A stretch of DNA of 64,000 nucleotides from the human T2T-CHM13v2.0 reference genome, Homo sapiens. The notes under the pieces were generated by a model, which saw nothing but the letters and a program-made list of their open reading frames with translations, was not told where the DNA came from and did no database searches. This document shows positions 11,549 to 24,475 of the stretch, piece by piece. Both the position numbers and the translations under genes were made by a program. The DNA lies in assembly GCF_009914755.1 (NCBI RefSeq), contig NC_060938.1, one strand, 5' to 3'. Every line of letters starts with the position of its first letter. The stretch's first letter is position 1.

Positions 11549-12913
11549 CAAAGTGAAAGAAAAGTCTCAAAAATAATTCATAAATAATCTTTTCTGAAAT
11601 ATTTGGTTTACCAGAAGGAGGAAATGCGTTGCCAATTGCAATTTAATTCACTGAATCAATTTCGACTTGATTACATCCCTTTATAGTTTTCTTCCTTTCT
11701 ACATTCTTGCCCTTTCTCTTCCCATTTTGTACACATGAAGCACACTGTCTTTTCAACACTCAGTTACCTAGTATTTTTATAAAGGTGAAATATTGTTACA
11801 GAGAACATCAGGGGTTATCTTGAAATAATTACAATAGTAAGGCTGAAGGTGATAGAAGCTAATATTTATTTCAGGCTTACCAGTTTGAGATTTCAGTTTA
11901 TATCCATTACAATTGGAATGTCAGCTCAAAAGTGGCAGAGATTTTAAGAGTCCTGTGCATTGATGCTTTCTTGATGTCTAGAGTAGTGCTTGTAGGCACT
12001 CAGTGAATATTTATTGTATTGTCAAATGGTCTCAAATTCTACAAACAATGCAGCAATGAAGATATTATTCAATATTCTATCCTACTGCTTGAAGACTGAT
12101 AGGTTGTGCCACGCTACTGGCTTCTCTCATTTTCCAGCTTGCAGATGAGTTATGTATCTTTCCAAACATATATAGGTAAGAAATCAGATAAGCATGAAAT
12201 CTGGATCTCCTGAAAGACGATCTTGGAAAATTACTTTCATTTCATCTAGACTGCTCAATGCACAGAAATTTGTAGAAGTATGTTGCATGATTACTTATAC
12301 CTACTGAGCAAGAGGGCACACAGATTCTCTAGATTAATTAGGATTGGGGGATAGTAGACTTACATAAAAGGATCCAGAAATCAAACCTAAGTCTGATTAT
12401 AACCATGTGTTTCCCTGTAATCTATATTCCCTGGCAAGGAGAAATTAATGGAAAGAGGGTAGAGTTAAGACATAAATTCTGAATGTTATCTAATGTTTAT
12501 AGTGTTACTTTATGTGTGTGCACATGTTTGTATGTGTGGGAGAGTGTGAGAGAGAAAGTGTAATGGAGATGGCTTGGAATGTATCTTAGATTCTTCTCTG
12601 ATGAATTATTCATCTGTTAGAGTTTTAGTGATTGCATCTTTCATAATGTTTGTATAATTGCTTATCTAGGTAGACTTGATTTTTTACACATCTTTGCACA
12701 AACATAACTTTGCATATAACTCTGTTTCTGAAAGCACAATATAATGCTGATTTAATTATTTGGCTGGAAGTACTGCCCTTCACCCCAGATAGTGAATATC
12801 CTAATGAGAAAAGGAAGTGAGTCTTATTTCATACATGCCACAAGCATTGTGGGGCTTCAATTAATGTGTGTTGAATTAAATTGCTAGAGATGTAACAACT
12901 ACTTTAGTTTCAG

Positions 12914-13120
12914 AATAATAAAAGCAAACACTTACCGAACACTGTATGCCAAGCACAATAGTCTAGGTGATATATCTAGAGCATCTAATATCCTCAATAA
13001 TCCAACCAAATAAGGACTATTATCATCATTCACATTTTCCTGATTAAAAAAATTAGGGTGAGGTAATATGTTCAAGGTTATGCAGGTAGTAAAAAGAAAA
13101 ATGGAAATTTATACAAAGGC
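12914..13120 (-). mobile_element. MIR SINE
   Basis: CAAACACTTACCGAACACTGTATGCCAAGCAC...TCCTCAATAATCC...ATTATCATCATTCACATTTT...TTCAAGGTTATGCAG matches the MIR reverse strand. Confidence 0.65.
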
Positions 13121-13335
13121 CCAATTCTTATTTGTTTTTCTTGGGAGAAATGAGGCTCATCTCTTTATCTTCAGGTAGTTACTTCCTCTTAATGAATGGA
13201 GAAGCAGTGATCTGTGCCATGCTGTTTGTGAAGTACTTAAAAGTACAATCCGAGTCTTATGACAGCCAATCTAGTGATATTTCCACTACTTCATTAAACT
13301 CTGACCTACTTGTAGATGACAACACATCTGCCTTG

Positions 13336-13532
13336 TTGAAAGTCATATCCCAGAACTTGGTATAGTGACACTCATATTGTCTGTAGCCAATAAATATTTT
13401 CTGAATTAATGATTGAAACACAATAGAGCTCATTGAAAGTCATATCCCAGAACTTGGTGTAGTGACCATCATATTGTATGTAGTCAATAAATATTTGTTT
13501 GCTCAATTAATGATTAAAACACAATAGAGCTC
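13336..13532 (+). repeat. Tandem duplication (~97-100 bp unit) containing an L2 3' terminus
   Basis: TTGAAAGTCATATCCCAGAACTTGG...ACACAATAGAGCTC occurs at 13336-13431 and 13433-13532. The unit includes CAATAAATATTT..GAATTAATGA, an L2 end. Confidence 0.92.
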
Positions 13533-14777
13533 CCTCAATTTCCATAAGAACTTGATCCTAAGTTAAAAGGTAACAATTTAAGACACACCATTGCAGTGTT
13601 AAGGCCTCCATCTATAAAACAGCACATTCTTTATTGCCTTGCAGACCAATAATCATTAACAGACTGGATATCAAGTTTGAATAATAATATACTGAGCTAG
13701 GTTTTATAAGGACATTAATTCACATGCACAACTACATCAACCCCTGAGGACTTCGTAGAATGTGAATATAGACATTATGTGATTCATGCCTTAGCTAGGC
13801 ACCTCTGGGGCATGTCATGATGGCCTGCATTCAGCCACAAGTTGGTGAGAAATATTTGGAAACGTCAGAACTAGCAAAGAACATAAAATGTGCAATTGAA
13901 AACTCACCCAGAGATTTCAGTGAGGCTAACTCTTCTGAGATCTGCAAGAGGCAGTAAGCCAAACCTCAGCACTGTCTCAGTGATCAGATAAACACGTGTT
14001 TGCATGTGACAGTAGCCTATAACAGATGATCTGTGGGAGCCTGCCAGGGAAGGTGACCTGATTAGCACTTGACTGGGTGCTCTTCCCTGCTTTCTGCCCT
14101 GGGCCAATTTCTGGTTTTGTTGCTCAGACAGGCTTGCTTCCTTTGTAACACCGGTATGCAGTCACAGTTTGGGTCCATTTATTTCACACTCATCAATTTT
14201 TTTAGTGTGTAATGGAAGGCTTCACTTGGAGCACTAAGACGTAGGATGGGCATAGCAAACCTGTGCACCACACGCAGAAGGTTAAATCAACCTCATTGCC
14301 AGGTAAAAATTGAAAATTGTCAGGACCCTAATGCCAACATTTTTTTCTCCCCTGCCTTTTTTTTTCTTTTAAAATTTATCATTGAAATGGAAAAAAAAAT
14401 GTTTATTTCAATGTGCAGGTATCTTCATCCCTCACTCAGTTTATGACTATCAAGAAGGACAGTTTAAACCATTAAAAGAGAGTTAAAGAAAAATTCTGTA
14501 AGCATGGCTTCTATCTATAGCTCTTCCATGAAGTAGCTAGGCACTCTGCCTTGTGTGTAAGGTAACTTCTGCAACATGAGAGATAAATGGTCTCTAGTGG
14601 TCTGTTTTATCCTCTATGATTCAATAATTTTTTTGTTTGACTATTATCTTTTATTTTTTTCTGAAAGAATCACTCATTATACTCAACATAGTAGCCCTAC
14701 AGAAGAGAAATCTATAATTCCTAGAATCCATACCTCCCACCTTTTCTCATGCTACGTGGAGTTCTGGGGTTTAAGTA

Positions 14778-15133
14778 TGATGTGGTTTGGCTGTGTCTTC
14801 ACCCAATCCTCACCTTGAATTATAATAATCTCTATGTGCCAAGGACAGGGCCAGGTGGAGATAACTGAATCATGCAGGTGGCTTCCCTCATACTGTTCTT
14901 GTAGTAGTGAATAAGTCTCATGAGATCTGATGGTTTTATACATGGGAGTTCCCGGGCACAAGCTCTCTTGCCTGCCACCATGTAAGAAGTGCCTTTGCTT
15001 CTCCTTTGCCTTCCATCATGATTGTGAGGCCTCGTCAGCCATGTAGAACTGTGAGTCAGTTAAAACTCTATCATTTATGAATCACCCATTCTCCAGTATG
15101 TCTTTATTAGCAGCATGAAAAAGAACTAATACA
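14778..15133 (+). mobile_element. THE1 (THE1B/C-type) MaLR solo LTR
   Basis: TGATGTGGTTTGGCTGTGTC start and ACTAATACA end; TSD AAGTA/AAGTG. Confidence 0.93.
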
Positions 15134-16130
15134 AAGTGCTTTGGTGTGTTTGAAATATTTGCTATATACTAAATATTTTTCAAGTATTAGATCTCTTGTC
15201 TGTTTTTTTTCTTATTTTCTTTTTCCCATGTAAGTTTAGCGCAGTGATGTTAAAAAAGTAAAAGTATTAAAAGCTGCTAACATGAACTGCACAATTAGCA
15301 ACAACTTTGAGACTTTTGCATCTGACCATGCTGTATGATTTTATTAAACCTGCAATCTCACACAAAAAAATTAGAATTCAGGATACGATGTGTTTAAATA
15401 TAGCTCCTTGAAGGCATCAGAGCATGTCCAAGGAGCCATGACTTGAGAGAACAAGATACCATAGATTAGATAAATTCATTGAAATGAGCCTGATGTTCCC
15501 TAATGCTTTTCTTCTTAAAACCAAGGGAATAGCAGATAATGGGTTAAAAATCTAATGAAAAATTTCTGATGGTCTCAGGAAAAGAAGCATTAGAAATGTA
15601 GGGCCTACCAAGGAGCAGGGACCCTGGCAAATATCTCTGGGTTTCAGTTTAGTTTCCTGAAAAGTTACTTCTCAGAATAAATGCGAACAAGACTAGGCCA
15701 GACCTCACTCAGGCATGAATTATTTCAATTACAGACTTAGTCAAGGTGCTCTTCTAAAAGAACATTATGTATTTTTTTCTCTTGAGGGAGAAAAATACAT
15801 AATATCTACAGCCTCTACAATGTTTCATACACTCAGCCCAGAATTTACAAAAAAAATTACAGCATGCCTACCGAGAGGTTCAAAAGATTAAAAGTATGCC
15901 AAAATACAGACAACAGAAGTATATAGATTATTATCAGTCATTTAACTTTGTCACTTATTAACTTTAAAATAACTATGAGGAAAATGTTCAAGAAAATAAA
16001 ACACAATGTGAATAGATTTATCAAAGTACTGCAATCTAAAAAATTATGTAATTAAAATATTAGAAGTGATAGTTACAACTAAAATTTTTAATTTAAATGA
16101 GCTAAACAGCAAATTAGAAACAATGATAGG

Positions 16131-16433
16131 TCTTGAATTAATTTTTATATAAGGTGTAAGGAAGGGATCCAGTTTCAGCTTTCTAAATATGGCTAGCCAG
16201 TTTTCCCAGCACCATTTATTCAATAGGGAATCCTTTCCCCATTTCTTTTTTTGTCAGGTTTGTCAAAGATCAGATGGTTGTAGATGTGTGGTATTATTTC
16301 TGAGGGCTCTGTTCTGTTCCATTGGTCTATATCTCTGTTTTGGTACCAGTACCATGCTGTTTTGGTTACTGTAGCATTGTAGTATAGTTTGAAGTCAGGT
16401 AACATGATGCCTCCAGCTTTGTTCTTTTGGCTT
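16131..16433 (-). mobile_element. Inverted 5' segment of a twin-primed L1PA insertion (ORF2)
   Basis: ORF 16220-16405 [30 protein letters not shown] lies on the minus strand and immediately precedes the forward segment in the L1 consensus. Confidence 0.93.
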
Positions 16434-17576
16434 CTTAAATGTTAGATCTAAAACCATAAAAATCCTAGAAGAAAACCTAGGCAATACCATTCAGGACATA
16501 GGCATGGGCAAGGACTTCATGTCTAAAACACCAAAAGCAATAGCAACAAAAGCCAAAATTGACAAATGGGATCTAATTAAACTAAAGAGCTTCTGCACAG
16601 CAAAAGAAACTACCATCAGAGCGAACAGGCAACTTACAGAATGGGAGAAAATTTTTGCAACCTACCCATCTGACAAAGGGCTAATATCCAGAATCTACAA
16701 AGAACTCAAACAAATTTACAAGAAAAAAAAACCCCATCAACAAGTGGGCAAAGGATATGAACAGACACTTCTCAAAAGAAGACATTTATGCAGCCAACAG
16801 ACACATGAAAAAATGCTCATCATCACTGGCCATCAGAGAAATGCAAATCAAAACCACAGTGCGATGCCATTTCACACCAGTTAGAATGGCGATCATTAAA
16901 AAGTCAGGAAACAACAGGTGCTGGAGAGGATGTGGAGAAATAGGAACACTTTTACACTGTTGGTGGGACTGTAAACTGGTACAACCATTGTGGAAGACAG
17001 TGTGGCGATTCCTCAAGGATTTAGAATTAGAAATACCATTTGACCCAGCCATCCCATTACTGGGTATATAACCAAAGGATTATAAATCATACTGCTATAA
17101 AGACACATGCACATGTATGTTTATTGTGGCACTATTCACAATAGCAAAGACTTGTAACCAACCCAAATATCCATCAATGATGGACTGGATTAAGAAAATG
17201 TGGCACATATACACCATGGAATACTATGCAGCCATAAAAAAGAATGAGTTCATGTCGTTTGTAGGGACATGGATGAAGCTGGAACCCATCATTCTCAGCA
17301 AACTATCGCAGGGACAAAAAACTAAACACTGCATGTTCTCACTCATAGATGGGAATTGAACAATGAGAACACTTGGACACAGGAAGGGGAACATCACACA
17401 CCAGGGCCTGTTGTGGGGTAGGGGGAGGGGAGGAGGGAATAGCATTAGGAGTTATACCTAATGTAAATGGCGAGTTAATGGGTGCAGCACACCAACATGG
17501 CACATGTATACATATGTAACAAATCTGCATGTTGTGCACATGTACCCTAGAACTTAAAGTATAATAATAAAAAAAA
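16434..17576 (+). mobile_element. L1PA4/5-type forward 3' segment with 3' UTR and poly(A)
   Basis: ORF2 C-terminal remnants ([11 protein letters not shown]..., [14 protein letters not shown]...); the 3' UTR ends GTACCCTAGAACTTAAAGTATAATAATAAAAAAA. Confidence 0.95.
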
Positions 17577-17658
17577 GAATTTAGAACCTGGTGAAATTGA
17601 TATTTCAAAATATCAGAGAAAATATAAATAATTCAATAAATGGTGTTGAGATAAAAAA
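17577..17658 (+). other. Probable L1 3' transduction (~75 bp plus short A-tail)
   Basis: Lies between the L1 poly(A) and the downstream TSD copy AGAAGCAAGATAGG (17659-17672; upstream copy AGAAACAATGATAGG at 16116-16130). Has AATAAA at 17635-17640 followed 12 nt later by an A-run. Confidence 0.7.
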
Positions 17659-18654
17659 AGAAGCAAGATAGGAAAGATTAACTGGAAGCTAACTAGGTAA
17701 AAATTATCATAACTGACAGAGGGAAAAACTTATAAATACAGAAAAAAAGCTTAGAGATTCATATGAGACACGTTAAAAAATTCAAGCATCCATAAGTTTA
17801 AAGTACGAAGAGAAAATAAATAGAATGTGGTAACAACAATATTTGAACATTATTTGGAGAGATAGTTCCAAAATTGATGAAAGACATCAAGCCACAGATT
17901 CTCAAATATCTAATTGCACATAGCAGAATATTTACAATAAAACCCCACTGAGATAGATTATACAAAATTACTGAAAGCCAAAGATGAATAAGAAAAAATT
18001 ACAAAAGTAAGATACAATATGTTCAAAGGAGCAATAATTAAATTACTGGCTTGTTTTTCAGTAGAAAAAAATAAAGCCAAGGTAAAGACAATAATTACCT
18101 GACCTGATGAAAAGAACAAATTCAACAACTATTCCTGTGACAACACAGGTTTGAAAGTGAAAGGAGGACAAGATATGCTCGGCAACACAATTCAGAAAAG
18201 CACTTATATGGCTGTGCTAATATTCAATGAGGTAGCTCTAAGGAAGTGTATATTATGAAAGATCTGTTTCCTAAAATAAAGAGTCAGTCTTCTGAAATAA
18301 TTTAGCACTTTAAAACTTGTGGTCATCTAAAAACATATCTTAAAAAAGAAAAAAAAACTAACAAATAAAAGAAGAAATAGATATATTTGCAATTAGAAGG
18401 GGAGATTTTAAAATGCTGTCTTGTGATACTAATAGAACAACAAGCAGGCAAACAAGTCTGCAAGGCTATCCATAGTAAACTAAGTAGACTTAATTGCTAG
18501 ATATAGAACCATAAACCTTAAACTTCACAACGCACATTGTTTTTCAACCTTAAACTTCACAATACACTTTTTTTTTAAGTGCACATGGGACATTTAACCA
18601 AAATTAACAATATGCAGATCTGTAAAACAAGTCTCAAGAAGTTTTAAAGCATTG

Positions 18655-19181
18655 TTCATTCAATTTGACTAGGTGTAGTTGTCTTGAATTTAAAAGTAAA
18701 TCAACATTACAAGGCATAGGAGGCTTCATGCATACCAAATTTACTTAGCTTTAAGAAAAGATAAAAATATGCAATACAGCATGAATACCAGGAGCATAGC
18801 AGTAATATCAGGCACACCATCTCATGTCTGCAATATGCTCTTGGGATGTGCATGCTAATGACCAGTTTAGTTTAGAGAAGCTAGCCTCTCTGGGGCTCCT
18901 TCAGCTTTTATGACATGTTGATTACATAATACCCTCCTGAATGTGTGCTTTGCTTCCATTGTCCAGAGTAGCTCAGTATCATCCATAACAGGTTACTCAA
19001 TAAGCAATCTCAACAATAAAGTACAGGTACTCATCAAAACATAGCACTCATTGTGAACCTAGTATATTCCTACACATTTCTTAACTTATTATAAAATAAT
19101 TCTACATGTATCATTCATGTACAGGTCTTTCTGAGGTTACAGAGAAGAATTCAGATCAGCTACTAACTCACCTTCCAGAAC
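18655..19181. other. Unassigned ~530-bp insert interrupting old L1 ORF2
   Basis: L1 EN-domain similarity stops at ~18654 and resumes at ~19182. The insert lacks the A-rich L1 strand bias. Confidence 0.45.
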
Positions 19182-19557
19182 AGAAAATGATTAATATGAA
19201 GATAATTATAACACATTAAACTTTTTGGAAATTAAACAATGCATTTCTAAATAAATCATGGTCCAAGAAAGAAAGAGAACAAACAAAATTGTGGGATATA
19301 GGGAAAGTTGTATTTAGAAAGATGTTAGGATAAGTCTAGGAAATTAAACACCATAAAGTATAGAAGGAAGGGAAAATAAGATTTAAAACAAATCTATAGT
19401 AGAAATAATAAACAAAGCCAAAGGTTATTTGAAAATAAAACTGCTAAAATGAGCAATTAACATAATAATACACAGATCACCAATATTCAAAATAAAAAGT
19501 GGACCTTAAATCAAATTTTATATATTAAAAAAAGCACAATAATATTATGAATGTCTG

Positions 19558-20278
19558 TGTTAACCTGAAATGATGAGATCTATACATTTGGAAAGAAATG
19601 CTTTATTTCTTAGAAAGGGTTGCAGCCTGCAGCCTCACCATCCTACAGGCTGGGAAGAGCAGCCTTTGGCAGAAACTGAAAGCAGACACTTGATGGGAGG
19701 GAAGGGTAGAACAGGAAGTTCCACCCTAAGTATGCATATTTAACAGGTTATAGGAGGAGCTATAAATATTAATGAAGGGGGCACACATGCATAGTAGGCA
19801 AATATGCATTTTACATGTACCCCATGTCCACTTTGGAGTAGAGCCTTAACGTTTAAATATATTATGTTTAGGCCCTATACATCAAAAGGTGAAGCTGGGT
19901 CATGAAGGTCATGAAGGCCCTCAGTGTGCAGCCTCTGTAAACCTGCTAAAACTATTCTATGGTAAGTGTTGTTTTATCAGCAGAGAGTTACTGAAATTCA
20001 TCTCTTGTCCAATCAAAGCTGTAATTATGGTCTGTGAAATGGGGTGGAGCATCAGTGAGTATCTGGTAGTCAGTGGGCTGCAATTTTTTCAATATTGTTT
20101 ATCTAAAGGCTGCTAGAGGAAAAAGAAAAAAATCTTGTGGCAGTTTGAACATAGTTTATTTTTTAAGTGTAGAAGTGCATGACTTAACCCTTATTTGGTA
20201 TGGCCTTTGGTTTTGTTTAGAATTCGATATCTTACTGTCACAAAAGTTCATTCCATTTGTCTGATCTCTATTTTAACT
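19558..20278 (-). mobile_element. ERV1 solo LTR, MER39-like
   Basis: The minus strand begins (T)GTTAAAATAGAGATCA...GGGTTAAGTCATGCAC..ACACTTAAAAAATAAACTATGTTC. 4-bp TSD TCTG at 19554-19557 and 20279-20282. Confidence 0.8.
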
Positions 20279-20374
20279 TCTGTATACTATATATTTGGAA
20301 ATCTACATAAAATGAACAAATATTTTGAAATACCATATCTACTAAAAACTGGATACTTAATTAACATACTTCTC

Positions 20375-21571
<1,197 letters not shown>

Positions 21572-22774
21572 TCTCAACATTTCCACAATAAAATACAGGC
21601 CCAGGAGTTCACCAGTGAATTTTTTCAAACATTTAAGAAAGAAACAACATAAATATTACACAAAATATTTCAGGAATAAATAATGTGAAAACAATTCACA
21701 AATTATTTTCTAGGGTCAGGAAAACATTGATATCAAAATACCTAGCAAAAAGAAAGGAATGTCACAGGCCAATCTTTCTCAGAAGCACAGTTGCCAAGTT
21801 CCTTAAAAAAATGAGAAAATTAAACTCAGTCGTTTCTACAAAGATAATTCTTCAGGGTTATGTTTGTTTATTCCAGAAATGCAAAGTTTCTCTAACAGTT
21901 CAAACTCAACCATGGAAATTAACTTTATCTACCCACTTACATACCAAAGTAGCAAAATAAACCAAAACAAAGTACTTGCAAGTAACAAATGTTGGTGAGG
22001 ACATGGTACAACTGGAACTCTCATACACTGTTAGTGGGAATTCCATTGGGTACAACCATTTTGATAAATTGTTTTGTAACATCTTCTAAAGTTTAATATA
22101 TGTATATTTTATGACCCAGTAAGTATACTCCTATGTGTATTTTCAACATAATTGCCGAATTATATTTAAAAATGTCTATATATGAGAATATACAAAGCAG
22201 CATTATTCATGATAGCCCAGAGTGGAAATAATATAAATGTCCACCAAGCATGAATGGAAAATATAATTTGTGGTATATTCATCCCATATATTGATAATAC
22301 TATAAAATTTAAGTTCATACAATGATATGAAAAAATCTCAGAGACACAAATTTGAGTACAAAAGCTAGATATGAGGGTGCATATGCTCTGCAATTTCTGT
22401 CATATAAAAGCAAAAATGAAAAAAGCTAATCAATGGTTATAGAAGTCAGAATAATGTTTATTTTAGGGGGGATAACATCTGGGATGGGCCTGAGGCAGTC
22501 TTTTGGAAAGCTGGTAATTTGCTATTACTCAATCTGGATGGTAGTTACACAGATGTGTTTACTTTTCAATAATTATGAAGATGAACTATTATGATTTATG
22601 CATTTTTCTTTCTATATACTATATTTTAAAATAAAAGAAAATGAACAGGACTATTCTTCCTCAAACAAAGAGATCGTGTGATGAAGACTCACCAGAGCTG
22701 TTCTCTATAAGCTTGAAGAGCAATGGTATCAGGTAGGTCCAATTCCAAGTGACCAATTGGAAAATGGAAAATTA

Positions 22775-22840
22775 TCTAGTTATATTTCATAGGGAATTTG
22801 GGAATTCCCTATGAATTCTAGTTATATTTCATAGGGAATT
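22775..22840. repeat. Direct-inverted-direct micro-rearrangement
   Basis: TCTAGTTATATTTCATAGGGAATT occurs at 22775-22798 and 22817-22840. AATTCCCTATGAA (22803-22815) is the exact reverse complement of 22786-22798. Confidence 0.93.
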
Positions 22841-24053
22841 AGGTGGGTAACCAGAGGATTGAAATTGAGCCAGCCAATGTTTTTAAAAACATTGTAACAG
22901 TTTGGCTACAGAGATTTACCCCTAGGGAGATTAAATGGCTTTACCAAAATTTTAAATAAGATATTCAGCCATTTTATCATTGGCTGTATAATCAGTTGAG
23001 GGAAACTGAGGATGCTTAGATGAACAAAAAGGTGGAAGTGAACAGTGGGTAAAGAAAATCACATTGCCAGTAGGCTCACGTCCTGTGCTCAAATTGAAGC
23101 CATATCCATCTTACTTTTTTGGCGGGATAGTAGAACAATAGGTAATAACTCATAACTATAAATTAAAAGTAGAAACTCTGCAGCATAGTTGATGGGGCTA
23201 CATATAAGTTAAACCTACTCAGGAAAATAGGAAACACAACCTTATTCTTACATAAATATTTTCAGCTCATGTTATATGATGGCCATGTTTCACTTATACA
23301 TCCATCAATTGTGTGACACATTTGGAAATTGAAGTACAATTGAGAACCAGAGAATGAGTAACAAATATCTTAACAAGCAAAGTTTGTTAATTTGCTCACA
23401 GGAAGCTATCTCCAAATCTAACCCACATCCTTTGATTCTTAACTTAGATGCAAGTTTAATACTTTTGGTTTATGTGCTCTCCATAAAATTGCAACACCAA
23501 GATTGGGCATTCCGATATTCTAGAACACCAATATTTTCCTTAAGCACTTTATTTCAGGGATTGATTAGTAGCTTCAGTCATTCTCAGCAGGAGAGTGTTT
23601 TTTGGTTTGTTTGTTTGTTTGTTTTTTGCCCCATGTTCCTCCTTCACTGTCCCTGAAAACAGAAGCCCTCTTTATGCTTTCACTCAGCTCTAACAATGAC
23701 TTCCTCATGATTGTCTGTCCCATCTCCCATGCTGCCAAGGAAAAAGAAAAGTTTTGCTTGGATCTTGTGGGAGGGCCCTGTGAAGCAGGTGGATGCCTCT
23801 ATAGAAAACAGATTAAATCAGGGTAATCTCTCCCATGTTGGTAGGTGAGAGAACGTTAAAAGATCTGGGCAGAGGAGCTGCCCAGAAGCAGTGGTTCTAA
23901 GTGATCCAAACAGAGGTAATGAAGAATTCAGGAACACAGTTAGACCAGGCCACAGAGGTGGCAATAAGTAGGCACCACTGGTGGAAATACAAGTAGAAGA
24001 AAGTAGGAGAGTCAGTAAAGGCTAATACTTTCTATCAAAATGACTATGCTTGT

Positions 24054-24475
24054 TGCTTTAATCCGTTCTTGCGTCTCTGAAAAGGAATACTTGAGACTGA
24101 GTAATTTATGAAGAAAACAAGTTTAATTATCTCACGGTTCCGCAGACTGTACAGGAAGCATGGCACTAATATCTGCCATTAGGGATGGCCTCAGGGGCTT
24201 GCAATCGTGGCAGAAAGTAAAAAGGGAGCAGGCATACCACATGGTCGAGAGAGAGGGAGCAAACAGGAGAAGGGGGAGGTGCCACACACTTTTAACCAAC
24301 CAGATCTCACATGAACTCAAAGCAAAAACCCAGTCATCACCAAGGGGATGGCACTAAGCCATTCATGAGGAATATGCCCCCATGATCCAAACAATTTCCA
24401 CCAGGCCCCGCCTCCAACACTGGGGATTACATTTCAACATGACGTTTGAAGGGGACAAACATCCAAATTGTATCA
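24054..24475 (-). mobile_element. MSTB-type MaLR solo LTR
   Basis: AAGGAATACTTGAGACTGAGTAATTTAT...GGGGACAAACATCCAAATTGTATCA; perfect TSD CTTGT on both sides. Confidence 0.9.
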
